Origin: Acidobacteriota bacterium
GTDB taxonomy: Bacteria > Acidobacteriota > Vicinamibacteria > Vicinamibacterales > UBA2999
Assembly: GCA_009694735.1 (NCBI GenBank)
Contig: SHUG01000005.1
Location: 1,390-65,389, forward strand
Direction of reading: 5' to 3'
Length of the DNA: 64,000 bases
Shown here one piece after another: positions 8,809-18,797 of the stretch. The translations under genes were made by a program, and so were the position numbers. Every line of letters begins with the position of its first letter. Position 1 is the stretch's first letter. Below the pieces are notes generated by a model that did not search any database, was not told the DNA's origin, and worked only from the letters and a program-made list of their open reading frames with translations.

Positions 8809-9594
8809 CTAGATCTTCAACAACGTGTCGCGGAGCACGCGCGATTGGATGCGGCTGACCGACAGCGCCTGGCCGTTCGACATTTGCACCTGATAGGTGC
8901 CGCCGGGCATCGGGCTGACTTTCTGGATCTGATCGACGGCCGCCAGCGTGCCCCGGCTCAGGCGAACGAAGCGCCGCGGGTCGAGTCGCGACTCGAGCGC
9001 GTGCAGGCGGTGCGAAATCGTGAAACGTTCGTTCGCCGCGGTGGTGAGGTGGAGCAGTTCCCCCTCGGCCACCACCGAGACGATCTGCCGCACCGGCAGG
9101 ATCACCGTTTCGTCGCGCCGGCGGACCGGAATGCGCTCGAGGTAGGCTCGCCGCGTCGCCGTGTCGAGGGCTGCCGCTGCCGCCGTGAGGCCCTTCGCCC
9201 GCTCCGCCGCGGCTGCCGCGGAACGCGTGCGCGCGCGCTCGAGCGTGGTGGCCAGGCGTTCCCGCTCAACCGGCTTCAGCAGGTAATCGATCGCGTTGAG
9301 TTCGAACGCCCGCACCGCGAACTCATCGTAGGCCGTCACGAAGGCAATCGACGGCGTGGCGCCGGCCTTGATCAGCCGCGCCACGTCGAGTCCGCCGGCT
9401 TCCGGCATATTGAGATCCAGCAGCGCGAGGTCGGGCTTGTGCGTTTCGATCAGGTCGATGGCGTCGGTGCCGTTGGTCGCTTCGCCCACGATCTCAACGT
9501 CAGGAAACGTCTTGAGCAGGTTAATCAGGAACCGGCGGGCCGGCCGCTCATCGTCGGCCAGCACGACCCGCAACAGCTTGGGCATCGTGGTCAT
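8809..9594 (-). CDS. LytTR/AlgR-family response regulator
   Basis: Receiver domain (VVLADDE, DLALLDLNMP) plus C-terminal LytTR DNA-binding domain. An alternative ATG is at 9585. Confidence 0.9.
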   Translation of the reverse strand: MTTMPKLLRVVLADDERPARRFLINLLKTFPDVEIVGEATNGTDAIDLIETHKPDLALLDLNMPEAGGLDVARLIKAGATPSIAFVTAYDEFAVRAFELNAIDYLLKPVERERLATTLERARTRSAAAAAERAKGLTAAAAALDTATRRAYLERIPVRRRDETVILPVRQIVSVVAEGELLHLTTAANERFTISHRLHALESRLDPRRFVRLSRGTLAAVDQIQKVSPMPGGTYQVQMSNGQALSVSRIQSRVLRDTLLKI

Positions 9595-11416
9595 CTTCGC
9601 CTATTCCGCCTGCCTCGGCGAGTGGCATCACCAACTCGGCCACGGTGCCGCGGCCGGGTTCGGCAGTGAGCGTCAGGGTGGCGCCAGCACCGTAATGGAC
9701 CGCCAATCGGCGCCGAATGTTGTCGACGCCCACATGGTCGCGGGCGTCTCGGGGCGCGCTGGTGTGAAGCGGCGCCCCCGTGTTGCGGACCGACACGCAG
9801 AGTCGCTCGCGACCGGCCATCCCATCGCGTCGCGCCGTCACTTCCACCTCGCCGCCGGTCGTGCTGGGCGCGACGCCATGCTTGATGGCGTTCTCAACCA
9901 GCGGTTGCACCACCAGCGCGGGAATGCGCAAGTGGCGCAGCGCCTGGGGCACGTCGATGCGAAGGCGCAGCCGTTCCTCGAACCGTTCGTGTTCGATCTG
10001 CAGGTAGTGTTCCACCAGTTCGATCTCGCGGCCGAGCGTGGTGAAGTCGCCTTCCGATCGCAACACCCCGCGCAGCAATGCCGTGAGCTGCATCAGCGTA
10101 TTCATGGCGCGCGGCGGCGCCGACTCGATCAGGTAGCCAATGGTCGTCAGCGCATTGAAGAGGAAGTGCGGATTGATCTGCGCGCGCAGGGCCCTCAGCT
10201 CGGCTTCGGCGGTCAGCTTCCGCATTTCTTCCTCGCGCAGCTGAACCTCGTAGCGCTCGTTCGTGAGCCTGACCTGATCGATCCGCCGCGCGGCTGTCGC
10301 CACGACCGTCTCCACCAGCGCCAAATCGTCAGAGAGTAGCCGCCGTCCGCCGGTCAGTCCGCCCACGTTCACCACATAGCGGGGCAGATCCGTCGTCTTC
10401 ACCAGCGCCTGCGCTGTCTTGGGCGACTCCGCACTGATGGCGGCGCCCTCTTCCTCCCACCATACGCGCTGCGCATTGAGAGCTGGTGCCAGCCGTTCGG
10501 CCACCGCGTCGAGCACGCCCTCGACCGAGTTGCGCGACTGCAGCGCCTGGCCGATGCCGGCGCCGAGCGCCGCGTAGTCCATGCGGCCCAGCAGCGACTG
10601 GTCGACGAAGCGAACGACGCGGCGGTGGAGCCACGGCGAGATGAGCGAGGTGGCGACCCAGAGCGCCATCAGGATGCTGGCGGCGAGCGGTCCTGCCGGC
10701 AGCGTGGTGGCCAGGTTGTACCCCGCGAAAGCGACCGCCACGAGCGCGATCAACGTCAGCGCTCGCTTCAGGAACAGGTCGGCCAGCGCGAAGCGGTAGT
10801 CCTGATACAGGATGGCAAACGCCAGCGGAATGGCCGCGTGGTGCCCAATCAGCTCCACCGCCCAGCCATCGGCGGCGGCGTGAGAGCGGCCCAGGTGCGA
10901 CGCCGACACGGCGAACAACGCCAGGGCGAGCACCCACAGCACGCGTCGGCCGTTCGCCTGCGCGCGTGTCAGCACACCAAGCGCGAGGATGATCAGGCCG
11001 TAACAGACCGTGAGGATCAGGAATGCCAGCGACGACGGTTCCGGATTGCCGGTGATGACCGTCTGCAAATGCAGCACCGACGCAACCACGCTGCAGCCGT
11101 ATGCGATCACCGTGATGACGATGCCACGCGGCAATGCGCGGGCGACCGAATGCACGACCACCGCGGCGAGCAGGCCGAGCGCCGGAAACGACATGGCCCA
11201 CAGGCCGATCGACTGGGTGAAGTAACCAAGCCGTGGCAGGGCATAGGCGGCGAGCTCGCCCAGGTTCCACACCAGGCCGAGCACGCCGGTGGCCAGCGGC
11301 AGCAGGTTGCCGCGCGGGGAGCCGCGCAGCACCAGCGCCAGCAGCATGGCGTAGAGTGCCGTGCCGGTGACAAAGCCGACCAGGTTGAGCACTTCCGCCG
11401 CGTTCGGCGCGATCAC
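9548..11416 (-). CDS. LytS-like sensor histidine kinase, polytopic membrane N-terminus
   Basis: NPHFLFNALTTI (His_kinase/LytS H-box) and HATPase region. About 10 hydrophobic segments. GTG start. Overlaps the regulator gene. Confidence 0.85.
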   Translation of the reverse strand: MIAPNAAEVLNLVGFVTGTALYAMLLALVLRGSPRGNLLPLATGVLGLVWNLGELAAYALPRLGYFTQSIGLWAMSFPALGLLAAVVVHSVARALPRGIVITVIAYGCSVVASVLHLQTVITGNPEPSSLAFLILTVCYGLIILALGVLTRAQANGRRVLWVLALALFAVSASHLGRSHAAADGWAVELIGHHAAIPLAFAILYQDYRFALADLFLKRALTLIALVAVAFAGYNLATTLPAGPLAASILMALWVATSLISPWLHRRVVRFVDQSLLGRMDYAALGAGIGQALQSRNSVEGVLDAVAERLAPALNAQRVWWEEEGAAISAESPKTAQALVKTTDLPRYVVNVGGLTGGRRLLSDDLALVETVVATAARRIDQVRLTNERYEVQLREEEMRKLTAEAELRALRAQINPHFLFNALTTIGYLIESAPPRAMNTLMQLTALLRGVLRSEGDFTTLGREIELVEHYLQIEHERFEERLRLRIDVPQALRHLRIPALVVQPLVENAIKHGVAPSTTGGEVEVTARRDGMAGRERLCVSVRNTGAPLHTSAPRDARDHVGVDNIRRRLAVHYGAGATLTLTAEPGRGTVAELVMPLAEAGGIGEDDHDAQAVAGRAGRR

Positions 11417-11505
11417 GCCCTGATTCTAGTCAATCTGGTGAGCGAAGCGACCGAGGACCACGCGAGGGCAAGTGAGACGTGGCGCATTCGGTACAATGGA
11501 CATGC

Positions 11506-13995
11506 ATGTCGCGTACCACTGATGTCACGAAGCTCTCCGGTCTCGCCAGCCGATTCGGCGCGTTTGTCGCGGAGCGCCATCCTTTTGCCCTGACGATTGC
11601 GATCGAGGCCCTTGAGACGGCCGGCGTCAGCGGCATCAAGAGCCGAGACGCGGTGAAGCTCGACGCCGCGCGCCTGCCGTTCCGGCGCGCCCTCGCCAAG
11701 GCCCTCTACGACCAAGTCGCCGCCCCCGAAGGCATTGCGGAAACCACGCCCGGCACCTCGGCCATCAAGCGGCTCGAGCAGGCGCGCGCTGAAGTTGTTG
11801 ATGCCTGTGACGGCTTCCTTCGCCGCGCGGCGATCGAGGCGTCGCTGACCAAGGCTGAGCGCCGCGAGATCCTCAGGGGCATGTGCCTCACGCGTAGCGT
11901 CGACAACCGCCTCAAGCAGTTCTTCATGGGTGGCGAGGTTCGCTGGGGCGAGATGGCGTTCCAGGGCAAGGGCTTTCGGTCGCTGGGTCAGGAGGCTATT
12001 TACGCCGGCGCCATTCGCCTCCATCGCGGCGCTGCGTACCGGAAGGCCGATGGCAGCTGGGGTGGCGACGTGCTGGCCCCTGTCATTCGCGACCTCGGCA
12101 TGACGCTGGCGATGCGGCACGACGAAGAAGCGGTGGCCATGGTGCTGCGCGCGCAGATGGGCAAGTCCGGTCCGCCAATGGACGGCAAGGACCTGCACAC
12201 CGGCGACTTCGAGTGGGGCGTCTTGCCGGCGGCCGCGCCGCTGGCGGTTGGCTCGCTCACCATGGCTGGCATGGCGATGGCGTTCTCGATCGAGAAGAGC
12301 GATCGCGTCGCCGTCTCGTTGATCGGCGAAGGCGGCTCCTCGCTCGGCGAGTGGCACGAGGCGATCAATACCTGCGCGGCGGCGAAGCTGCCCGCCATCT
12401 TCTGCGTGCAGAACAACCAGACGGCGCTGTCAACGCCGGTTCGCGACAATTCGGCGACGCGCGTGTTTGCCGACAAGGCCGCCGGCTACGGCATTCCCGG
12501 CGTGACCATCGACGGCACCGATCCAGACGAGGTCGCGGCGGCCTTCACCTGGGCGGCGGAGCGCGCGCGGGCCGGCGAGGGCACCACGCTGATCGAGGTG
12601 GTGGCCATGCGCATGTGCGGTCACGCCCATCACGACGACATGCTGTATCTGGGCAAGGATCAGCCGCCGTCGTGGGAGTATCACCAGCTGTTCGACACCG
12701 GCTACGCCAATCGCGAGCTGTACGAGTTCTGGTCCAAGCGCGATCCCATCCCGATCTACGCGCGCCGGCTCGAAGCCGAAGGCGTCATCAAAGCCGGCGA
12801 CCTCGACGGGATGAAGGCGTGGGCCGACGAGCTGGTGGATCGCCAGGCGCGACAGGTGATCGAGGCGCCGTGGCCGCGGGGTGAGATGGCCGGCGTCGGC
12901 GTGCACCACGACGAAGCGCCGCGCGAACGGGTCGAAGTGCTCGAACCGGCTCGCCGCCTGGCGGTGCCGCCGGTCGCGCAACTGCCGCCGCTCGAGGCCG
13001 GGTTGCCGTTCGACAAGCAAGGCAACACCTTGCTCGAAGCCGTGATGCTGGGCATCGGCGACGCACTCGCCGCTGACCCGCGCGTGTTCGTCTACGGCGA
13101 AGACGTCGGCGGCCAGTACGGCAACGCGTTCCTGTTGCTGCGTCCGCTGCTGAAAGAGTACGGCGATCGCATTCGCAACTCACCGCTCGCTGAAGGCGCC
13201 GTGCTCGGCGTATGCGTCGGCGCCGCGCTGGCCGGCCAGCGGCCGATCGGCGAAATGCAGTTCAACGACTTCGTCGCGACCGGCTTCAATCAGCTGGTCA
13301 ACAACGCCGCGAAGATCCGCTATCGCTGGGGAGGCAGCGTCCCCATGGTGGTGCGCCTGCCGTGGGGCGGACTCCGACATGCCGGCCCGTATCACAGCCA
13401 GAATACCGAGCCGTGGTTCTACCGCACACCGGGCCTGAAGATCGTGGTGCCATCGACGCCCGAAGATGCGCGAGCGCTGATGGCGGCCGCCGTGGCCGAT
13501 CCGGATCCGGTGCTGTTCTACGAGCACATCGCGCTCTACCGCGATCCGCGGGTGAAGCAGGTGCTCCCTCCGTCGCCCAGCCCGGTGCAAATCGGACGGG
13601 CTGCGCTACGGAGGGCAGGGCCCGATCTGGCGATGATTTCCTACGGCGCCTACGTGCATCACTGCATGCGAGTGGCGGAGAAGCTGTCGGCCGAGGGCAT
13701 TGAAGCGTCGGTGCTCGACCTGCGCAGCTTGGCGCCGCTCGACCGCGACGCCATTCTGGCGGTGACGCGGCACTGCAATCGCGTCTTGATCGTGCATGAA
13801 GACTCGCGCACCGGCGGCATCGGCGAGAGCCTGGCGGCCATTATCCAGGAGGAGGCGTTCGAGGCGCTCGATGCGCCCATTCGCATTCTTGGTGCGCTCG
13901 ATACGCCGGTGCCGTATTCGCCGCCGCTGGAAGAAGTGTTCCTGGTCAGTGAGGCCGAAATCCAGGCGGCGGCAAAATTGTTGGTCAGCTACTAA
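11506..13995 (+). CDS. fused 2-oxoacid dehydrogenase E1 component, alpha plus beta subunits (TPP-dependent)
   Basis: The E1-alpha TPP motif region (GEGGSSLGEWHEAINTCA) is followed by an E1-beta/transketolase-like half. I prefer ATG 11506 over the track start 11479. Confidence 0.85.
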   Translation: MSRTTDVTKLSGLASRFGAFVAERHPFALTIAIEALETAGVSGIKSRDAVKLDAARLPFRRALAKALYDQVAAPEGIAETTPGTSAIKRLEQARAEVVDACDGFLRRAAIEASLTKAERREILRGMCLTRSVDNRLKQFFMGGEVRWGEMAFQGKGFRSLGQEAIYAGAIRLHRGAAYRKADGSWGGDVLAPVIRDLGMTLAMRHDEEAVAMVLRAQMGKSGPPMDGKDLHTGDFEWGVLPAAAPLAVGSLTMAGMAMAFSIEKSDRVAVSLIGEGGSSLGEWHEAINTCAAAKLPAIFCVQNNQTALSTPVRDNSATRVFADKAAGYGIPGVTIDGTDPDEVAAAFTWAAERARAGEGTTLIEVVAMRMCGHAHHDDMLYLGKDQPPSWEYHQLFDTGYANRELYEFWSKRDPIPIYARRLEAEGVIKAGDLDGMKAWADELVDRQARQVIEAPWPRGEMAGVGVHHDEAPRERVEVLEPARRLAVPPVAQLPPLEAGLPFDKQGNTLLEAVMLGIGDALAADPRVFVYGEDVGGQYGNAFLLLRPLLKEYGDRIRNSPLAEGAVLGVCVGAALAGQRPIGEMQFNDFVATGFNQLVNNAAKIRYRWGGSVPMVVRLPWGGLRHAGPYHSQNTEPWFYRTPGLKIVVPSTPEDARALMAAAVADPDPVLFYEHIALYRDPRVKQVLPPSPSPVQIGRAALRRAGPDLAMISYGAYVHHCMRVAEKLSAEGIEASVLDLRSLAPLDRDAILAVTRHCNRVLIVHEDSRTGGIGESLAAIIQEEAFEALDAPIRILGALDTPVPYSPPLEEVFLVSEAEIQAAAKLLVSY

Positions 13996-14015
13996 CGTCG
14001 ATGTTGGAGGTCCCC

Positions 14016-15035
14016 ATGATTCGCGCCCGTATCGTCGCCGGCCTTCTGCTTGTCGGAATCGCCGCCACTGCTTCGGTGAGCGCGGATGTCCGCACCGATC
14101 AACGCGTCAAGTTCCAGCTGGGCGGCGCCATCGGCAAGCTGGTCAACATGTTCGGCGGCAAGGGCGCCCGCGACGGGGTGACCTCGATGGTCGCCGTCAA
14201 GGGCGATCGTAAGGCCACCATGTCGGATGCGACCGGCCAGATTATCGACTTGTCCGAGGAGAAGATCTACGACCTCGACATGAAGAAGAAGACCGACAAG
14301 GTGACCACATTCGCCGAGCTGCGCCAGCAGATGGAAGAGGCAAAGCAGGACGCCGAGAAGAGCGCCCGTGAACAGGCGAGCGAACCCGACGAGAAGCCGG
14401 CCGAGAAGGATCCCAACGCGAAGGAATACGAAGTCGACTTCGACGTGAAGAACACATCGGAGACGCGAACAATCAACAGCTTCGCCACCACCAGGAGCGT
14501 GGTCACCGTCACCGTCCGCGAAAAAGGCAAGACCCTCGATCAGTCTGGCGGGCTGGTGATGACGACCGACATGTGGATGACGCCGAATGCCCCTTCAACC
14601 AAGGACCTGACCGACTTCGCCATGCGCTACGCGCAGAAGCTCCACGGCCCGATGGTGGTCGGCGCCTCGGCGCAGGACATGGCGATGGCCATGGCAATGT
14701 ATCCGCAGATGAAGCCCGCCCTCGACAAGATGCGCGCGGAAGACGGCAAGCTGTCGGGCACGGCGATTCTGACCGATGTCAAAATGGAGTCGGTACCGCC
14801 CGGCACCGCGAACCAGACGACCGCGGCGCCGCCACCAGCCGAGGAACCGAAGAAGCGAGGTCTCGGCGGCATGCTCGGCGGCTTGAAGAAGATGGCTGAG
14901 AACGCGGAGAAGGGCAACAGCAGCAAAGCCGAGCGCGCCGTCATCATGACGACGTCGATTGAGATGCTGAAGTTGACGACCGACGTTGATGCGGCGTCGG
15001 TCGCGCTGCCCGCGGGCTTCACGCCGGCGAAGTAG
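14016..15035 (+). CDS. hypothetical secreted protein with Lys/Glu-rich central region
   Basis: GGAGG lies 5 nt before ATG 14016. Signal peptide present. GC3-rich frame. No family recognised with confidence. Confidence 0.6.
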   Translation: MIRARIVAGLLLVGIAATASVSADVRTDQRVKFQLGGAIGKLVNMFGGKGARDGVTSMVAVKGDRKATMSDATGQIIDLSEEKIYDLDMKKKTDKVTTFAELRQQMEEAKQDAEKSAREQASEPDEKPAEKDPNAKEYEVDFDVKNTSETRTINSFATTRSVVTVTVREKGKTLDQSGGLVMTTDMWMTPNAPSTKDLTDFAMRYAQKLHGPMVVGASAQDMAMAMAMYPQMKPALDKMRAEDGKLSGTAILTDVKMESVPPGTANQTTAAPPPAEEPKKRGLGGMLGGLKKMAENAEKGNSSKAERAVIMTTSIEMLKLTTDVDAASVALPAGFTPAK

Positions 15036-15041
15036 GGCGGT

Positions 15042-15404
15042 CTACTTCTTGCGCGTGCCCGTGAAGTCGGCTTGCCCCATGCCGAAGTCGAGCATGCCCT
15101 TCACGGTGTCGCCAGACACCTCGCCGTTGATCTTGATCTCGAGCGGGCCGTCGGGGCCGGCCATGCTGAACGACAAGGTGATGGCGTTGCCTTTCACCGA
15201 GCCCGTCATCGGCGCGTCACCTTGCGGGCTGGTGATGGTGCCCGTCAGCTTGTCGCCATCCTGCTTGAGGGTGGCGCCGGCCGCAATCACGCCCTGTGGC
15301 CCGTTGATCGAGAGATCCCAGGCGCCGGCGACGTTGCCCTGCGCGTGCGGCGCAACGGCGAGTGCAAGTGCGAACACGACTGCGAGCGAAAACACTCGGA
15401 ACAT
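15042..15404 (-). CDS. small secreted hypothetical protein
   Basis: 120 aa. Signal peptide ending HAQG. Repeated G-x-I/V-S beta-rich pattern. Confidence 0.6.
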   Translation of the reverse strand: MFRVFSLAVVFALALAVAPHAQGNVAGAWDLSINGPQGVIAAGATLKQDGDKLTGTITSPQGDAPMTGSVKGNAITLSFSMAGPDGPLEIKINGEVSGDTVKGMLDFGMGQADFTGTRKK

Positions 15405-15446
15405 GAAAACCTCCAGGGAAAACTTCGAACGAGAGTAGCAGATCAG

Positions 15447-15692
15447 TCAGTCAGTTGAACAGCGACCGTATCGCGCCATCCGCACGTCGTGCCGCGAGAC
15501 ACCGACCCGCGGATCCTGCACCATGGTGCCGGTCGCGATTTCATACGACCACCCGTGCCACGGACACGTCACCACGCCTCGCTCGATCGGCCCGTCGCAC
15601 AGCGGCCCGCCGCGATCCAGGCACATGTTGTCGAGGGCGTGAAACTGGTCGCCCAGCCGGAACAGCGCAACGTGACGGCCGCTGACCACCAC
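15447..15692 (-). CDS. small Rieske [2Fe-2S] protein (NirD-like); true start unclear
   Basis: CLDRGGPL and CPWHGWSY cluster-ligand boxes. Family-like N-terminal sequence continues in frame upstream to about 15737 with no canonical start. Confidence 0.7.
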   Translation of the reverse strand: MVVSGRHVALFRLGDQFHALDNMCLDRGGPLCDGPIERGVVTCPWHGWSYEIATGTMVQDPRVGVSRHDVRMARYGRCSTD

Positions 15693-15760
15693 CAGCTTGC
15701 CGCTGTCGGCCGCGAAGTCGGCAACCTTGCCAACAATATGAAACCGGGTTTCTTATTTGC

Positions 15761-17599
15761 TTATTTGCGCGCCGCCGGCGTCAGCGTGGTTTCTTTCCGT
15801 TCACCGCCGCGCATGTAAACCACCTTGGCCGGTTGGCCAATCTTCAGCAGCTCCAGCGCGTAGGTGTAGTCGTAAATGTTTGTGATCGACTGGCCGGCAA
15901 TCTCGACGATAACATCGCCCTTCGCCAGTCCGGCCAGTTCCGCCGGTCCGCCGCCGATCACGCCGCCCAGCAGCAGGCCCTTCACCTCCGAGGCGTAGTC
16001 GGGAATCGTGCCCGTGAACAGGCGCAGGCCGGCGCGACCGCCGGTGTCGGTCTTCTGTTCCACCTTGGTGAACTGCGGCGCCTCCGCCGAGTCCATCAGG
16101 CGCCGGACGACGCCCGAGGCGAGCTCGCCGACGCGGACCAGATCCTCGTAGTTGATCTTGTCGGCGGTGTCGCCGGGCTTGTGGTACTCCTGGTGCGCGC
16201 CCGTGAAGAACGTCAGGCACGCGACGCTGGCGGTGTTGAAGCTGCCGACGTCGGTCGGCTGGTAGGGATCCTCCTGCAACACGAGATCGAACCCCGCGAC
16301 GATGTTGGCCTGTTCCAGCAGCTTCGGCCACATTGCGCTGGTGCCCGTGGCCTGCACGGTGAGCTTGTTGTCGGCGACGCGGCCGACCATGTCGAAGTTC
16401 AGGTACGCCGCCAGGGTGTCGAGCGCGAAGGGCGGCTTGCTGACGAACGCGTTCGAGCCGAGCAATCCGAGCTCTTCGCCGGACCAGAAGGCGAGCAGCA
16501 GGTTGCGCTTGCGCGGCTGCGTGCTGAACGCCTCGCCGATGGCGAGCACCGTGGCCGACCCCGACGCGTTGTCGTCGGCGCCATGATGAATCTGGTTCGC
16601 TTCGTCCGTGCCGGCGAGCGAGCCGCCGGTGGTGCCGCGGCCGAGGTGATCGTAGTGCGCGCCGACGGCAACCCACGGCTTGTCCAATGTAGCGTCCGGC
16701 TTTAGCCGGACCTCGGTGGCCGGCAGGTACGCCACCACGTTGTTTCCGGTCTGCTGCTGACGGATCACGGTGGCTTTCAGCGCGACGGTGATTCCGGGGA
16801 TGGCGAAGCCGGCAACATGCGGGTTGCCGCTGTCGAACTCCTTCTGCACGGCCTCGAGCGACTTGCCCGATGCCGCCATGATCGGGGCGAACGCATCGCC
16901 GCTGAGGCTGGCGGCGACCAGTCCCGAGCCCGCGATCGCCGTATCAAAACTCATCGGCACCACGGCGCCGGCATTGGGCGAACGCGGTCCGGTGATCACC
17001 AGCATGCCCTTGGCGCCGCGCTGGCGGGCCGCCTGCGCCTTGTAGCGGAGGTCGGCATAGCGGGCGAGAATGGCGCGCGTGTTCTGGTCGGCATCCTCAG
17101 GGAAATAGCGCAGTACGATGACGATCTTGTCTTTCACGTCGAGGCCGGCGTAGCTGTCGTAGCCGAAGTTCTGCGTCTCGGGCACCACCAGGCCGTAACC
17201 CGCAAACACGATCGAGCCCGACGTCTCCGCGGAGTCTGAAAACGACAGTGCCTGAACAGTGGCAGCGCCGGAAAAGATCTGTGGGCTCGCCCCGGTCCTG
17301 GTCAGCGTGAGCGTTGTGCCGCCGTCCTTCGAGCCCGCGGTAAACGTGAACGGCATGCGGAAGTCGGTCATGCCGGGCAGCGGCTTCGCGCCCATGCGCT
17401 TCAACTCGCCGATGATGTAGTCAGCCGCGAGCTTCTCGCCAGGAGAACCGGTGAGCCGGCCCTCGAACTTGTCGGACGCAAGCGTTTCGACATGAATCCT
17501 GGTGCGCGACTGCACGGCCGTGGCCGTCTGCGCGTGCGGTGTGGCGACCAACAGCGCCGTCGCGGCAGCACCGAGAACGAGTCGGAGTGGATTTCGCAT
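15761..17599 (-). CDS. M28-family aminopeptidase with PA domain and C-terminal PDZ domain
   Basis: Start ATG 17599 (MRNPLRLVLG signal peptide). The track N-terminal extension to 17896 is Arg-rich nonsense. HGADDNASG metal motif. PDZ-like GDVIVEIAG. Confidence 0.85.
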   Translation of the reverse strand: MRNPLRLVLGAAATALLVATPHAQTATAVQSRTRIHVETLASDKFEGRLTGSPGEKLAADYIIGELKRMGAKPLPGMTDFRMPFTFTAGSKDGGTTLTLTRTGASPQIFSGAATVQALSFSDSAETSGSIVFAGYGLVVPETQNFGYDSYAGLDVKDKIVIVLRYFPEDADQNTRAILARYADLRYKAQAARQRGAKGMLVITGPRSPNAGAVVPMSFDTAIAGSGLVAASLSGDAFAPIMAASGKSLEAVQKEFDSGNPHVAGFAIPGITVALKATVIRQQQTGNNVVAYLPATEVRLKPDATLDKPWVAVGAHYDHLGRGTTGGSLAGTDEANQIHHGADDNASGSATVLAIGEAFSTQPRKRNLLLAFWSGEELGLLGSNAFVSKPPFALDTLAAYLNFDMVGRVADNKLTVQATGTSAMWPKLLEQANIVAGFDLVLQEDPYQPTDVGSFNTASVACLTFFTGAHQEYHKPGDTADKINYEDLVRVGELASGVVRRLMDSAEAPQFTKVEQKTDTGGRAGLRLFTGTIPDYASEVKGLLLGGVIGGGPAELAGLAKGDVIVEIAGQSITNIYDYTYALELLKIGQPAKVVYMRGGERKETTLTPAARK

Positions 17600-17600
17600 G

Positions 17601-17648
17601 GTGTTCTTCGTGTCCTTCGCGGTTCTCTTCGTGTTCTTCGTGGTTGCC
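17601..17648. repeat. 9-mer-based array with exact 12-mer GTGTTCTTCGTG twice (17601, 17631)
   Basis: Fills the 49-nt spacer between the TolB-like stop and the M28 start. Confidence 0.7.
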
Positions 17649-18797
17649 TTACTTGCCGGCGGGCTTGCGGGGCGGGGCCGCCTTGAGCGCCGCCATCGCG
17701 GCCTCGTGATTCCACTGCGCCAAGTAGATTTGTCCCGGCGCACCCGTACCGCCGGCGCGGCTCGACGTGAACGCCATCTGCGTGCCATCAGGCGACGGCA
17801 CCGGCAGGCCGTCGAAGCCGTCGGAGTAGGTAATGCGGACCGGTTCTTTCGCGCCCGCCTTGTCGACCATGAACACTTCGAAGTTCTCGAAGCCAAGCTT
17901 GTTCGAGGCGAACACGAAATACTCGCCCGATGGGTGCTCGTACGGCGCCCAGCTCATGGCGCCGAAGTCGGTAATCTGCTTCCGGTCGCTGCCATCCGGC
18001 TTCATTGTCCAGACGTTCGCGATCAACCCGTTCTCGTCGAAGTGACGCCAGACGATGCGGCCGTCTTTCGTGAAGAACGTGCCGCCGTCGTAGCCATTCC
18101 AGTCGGTCAGGCGCTTTTGCTCCGAACCGTCGGCCTTCATGATGTAGACCTCGGCGAAGTACGACGCGTCGAGCACGAGCTGCTTCTGTTCCTCGGCCGA
18201 CAAGGTGCGGTTGTAGGCATCGCGCATCGACGAGAACACGATCCACTGGCCGTCGGGAGAGTAACCGCCCTCGGCGTCGTATCCTTTCGCGGTGGTCAGG
18301 CGCTTCATGCCGCCGGTCTTTTCGCTGTAAGCAAAAATATCCATCTCGGCGTCGTAGTCCCAGGCGTAGCGCCGTTGCTTGCCCGAGGCGCGGAAGGCGA
18401 GCTCGTCATCCTGGTATTGCTTCGACTTGGGATCGAGATGCGTCGAGCCGAACATGATCTCGTCGCTGCCCGGCCGGAAGAACGCGCAGGTCGTCTTGCC
18501 GATGCCGGGTGAGACGCGCTTGGTGTCGCCGGTGGCGAAGTCGAGCACGAAGATCTGGTAGAAGGGGTTGGCCGGGTCGCGCTCGCTCTGGAAGACCAGG
18601 CGCTTGCCGTCGGGCGACCAGTACCCCTCGCCGGCCCGCTTGCCCTCGACGGTCAGGCGGCGAATGCGACTCAGATACTGCCGCTCCTCAGACGCCGATT
18701 GCGTCGCGACCGAGATCGATGACACAGCAAGCAGGACCACGGCCACAGATGACACAGATAACGCAGAACGAAAGACTTTCCTTGAAAACTTAAGCAT
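17649..18797 (-). CDS. TolB-like (PD40/WD40-like) beta-propeller protein, secreted
   Basis: Repeated SPDG motifs (WSPDGKRLVF, YSPDGQWIVF, PSPDGTQMAF). ATG 18797 is preferred over TTG 18818. Confidence 0.8.
   Translation of the reverse strand: MLKFSRKVFRSALSVSSVAVVLLAVSSISVATQSASEERQYLSRIRRLTVEGKRAGEGYWSPDGKRLVFQSERDPANPFYQIFVLDFATGDTKRVSPGIGKTTCAFFRPGSDEIMFGSTHLDPKSKQYQDDELAFRASGKQRRYAWDYDAEMDIFAYSEKTGGMKRLTTAKGYDAEGGYSPDGQWIVFSSMRDAYNRTLSAEEQKQLVLDASYFAEVYIMKADGSEQKRLTDWNGYDGGTFFTKDGRIVWRHFDENGLIANVWTMKPDGSDRKQITDFGAMSWAPYEHPSGEYFVFASNKLGFENFEVFMVDKAGAKEPVRITYSDGFDGLPVPSPDGTQMAFTSSRAGGTGAPGQIYLAQWNHEAAMAALKAAPPRKPAGK

Noticed and set aside
15761-17896. Track N-terminal extensions of real genes (also 20243-21055, 40261-41937, 41792-42022, 47556-48017, 50336-50494, 51833-51934, 53827-53979, 55070-55162, 55695-55823)
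   Set aside because: The extensions overlap upstream genes or repeats and are Arg/Ser-rich. Each is followed by an internal Met or alternative start that begins a clean signal peptide or conserved N-terminus.
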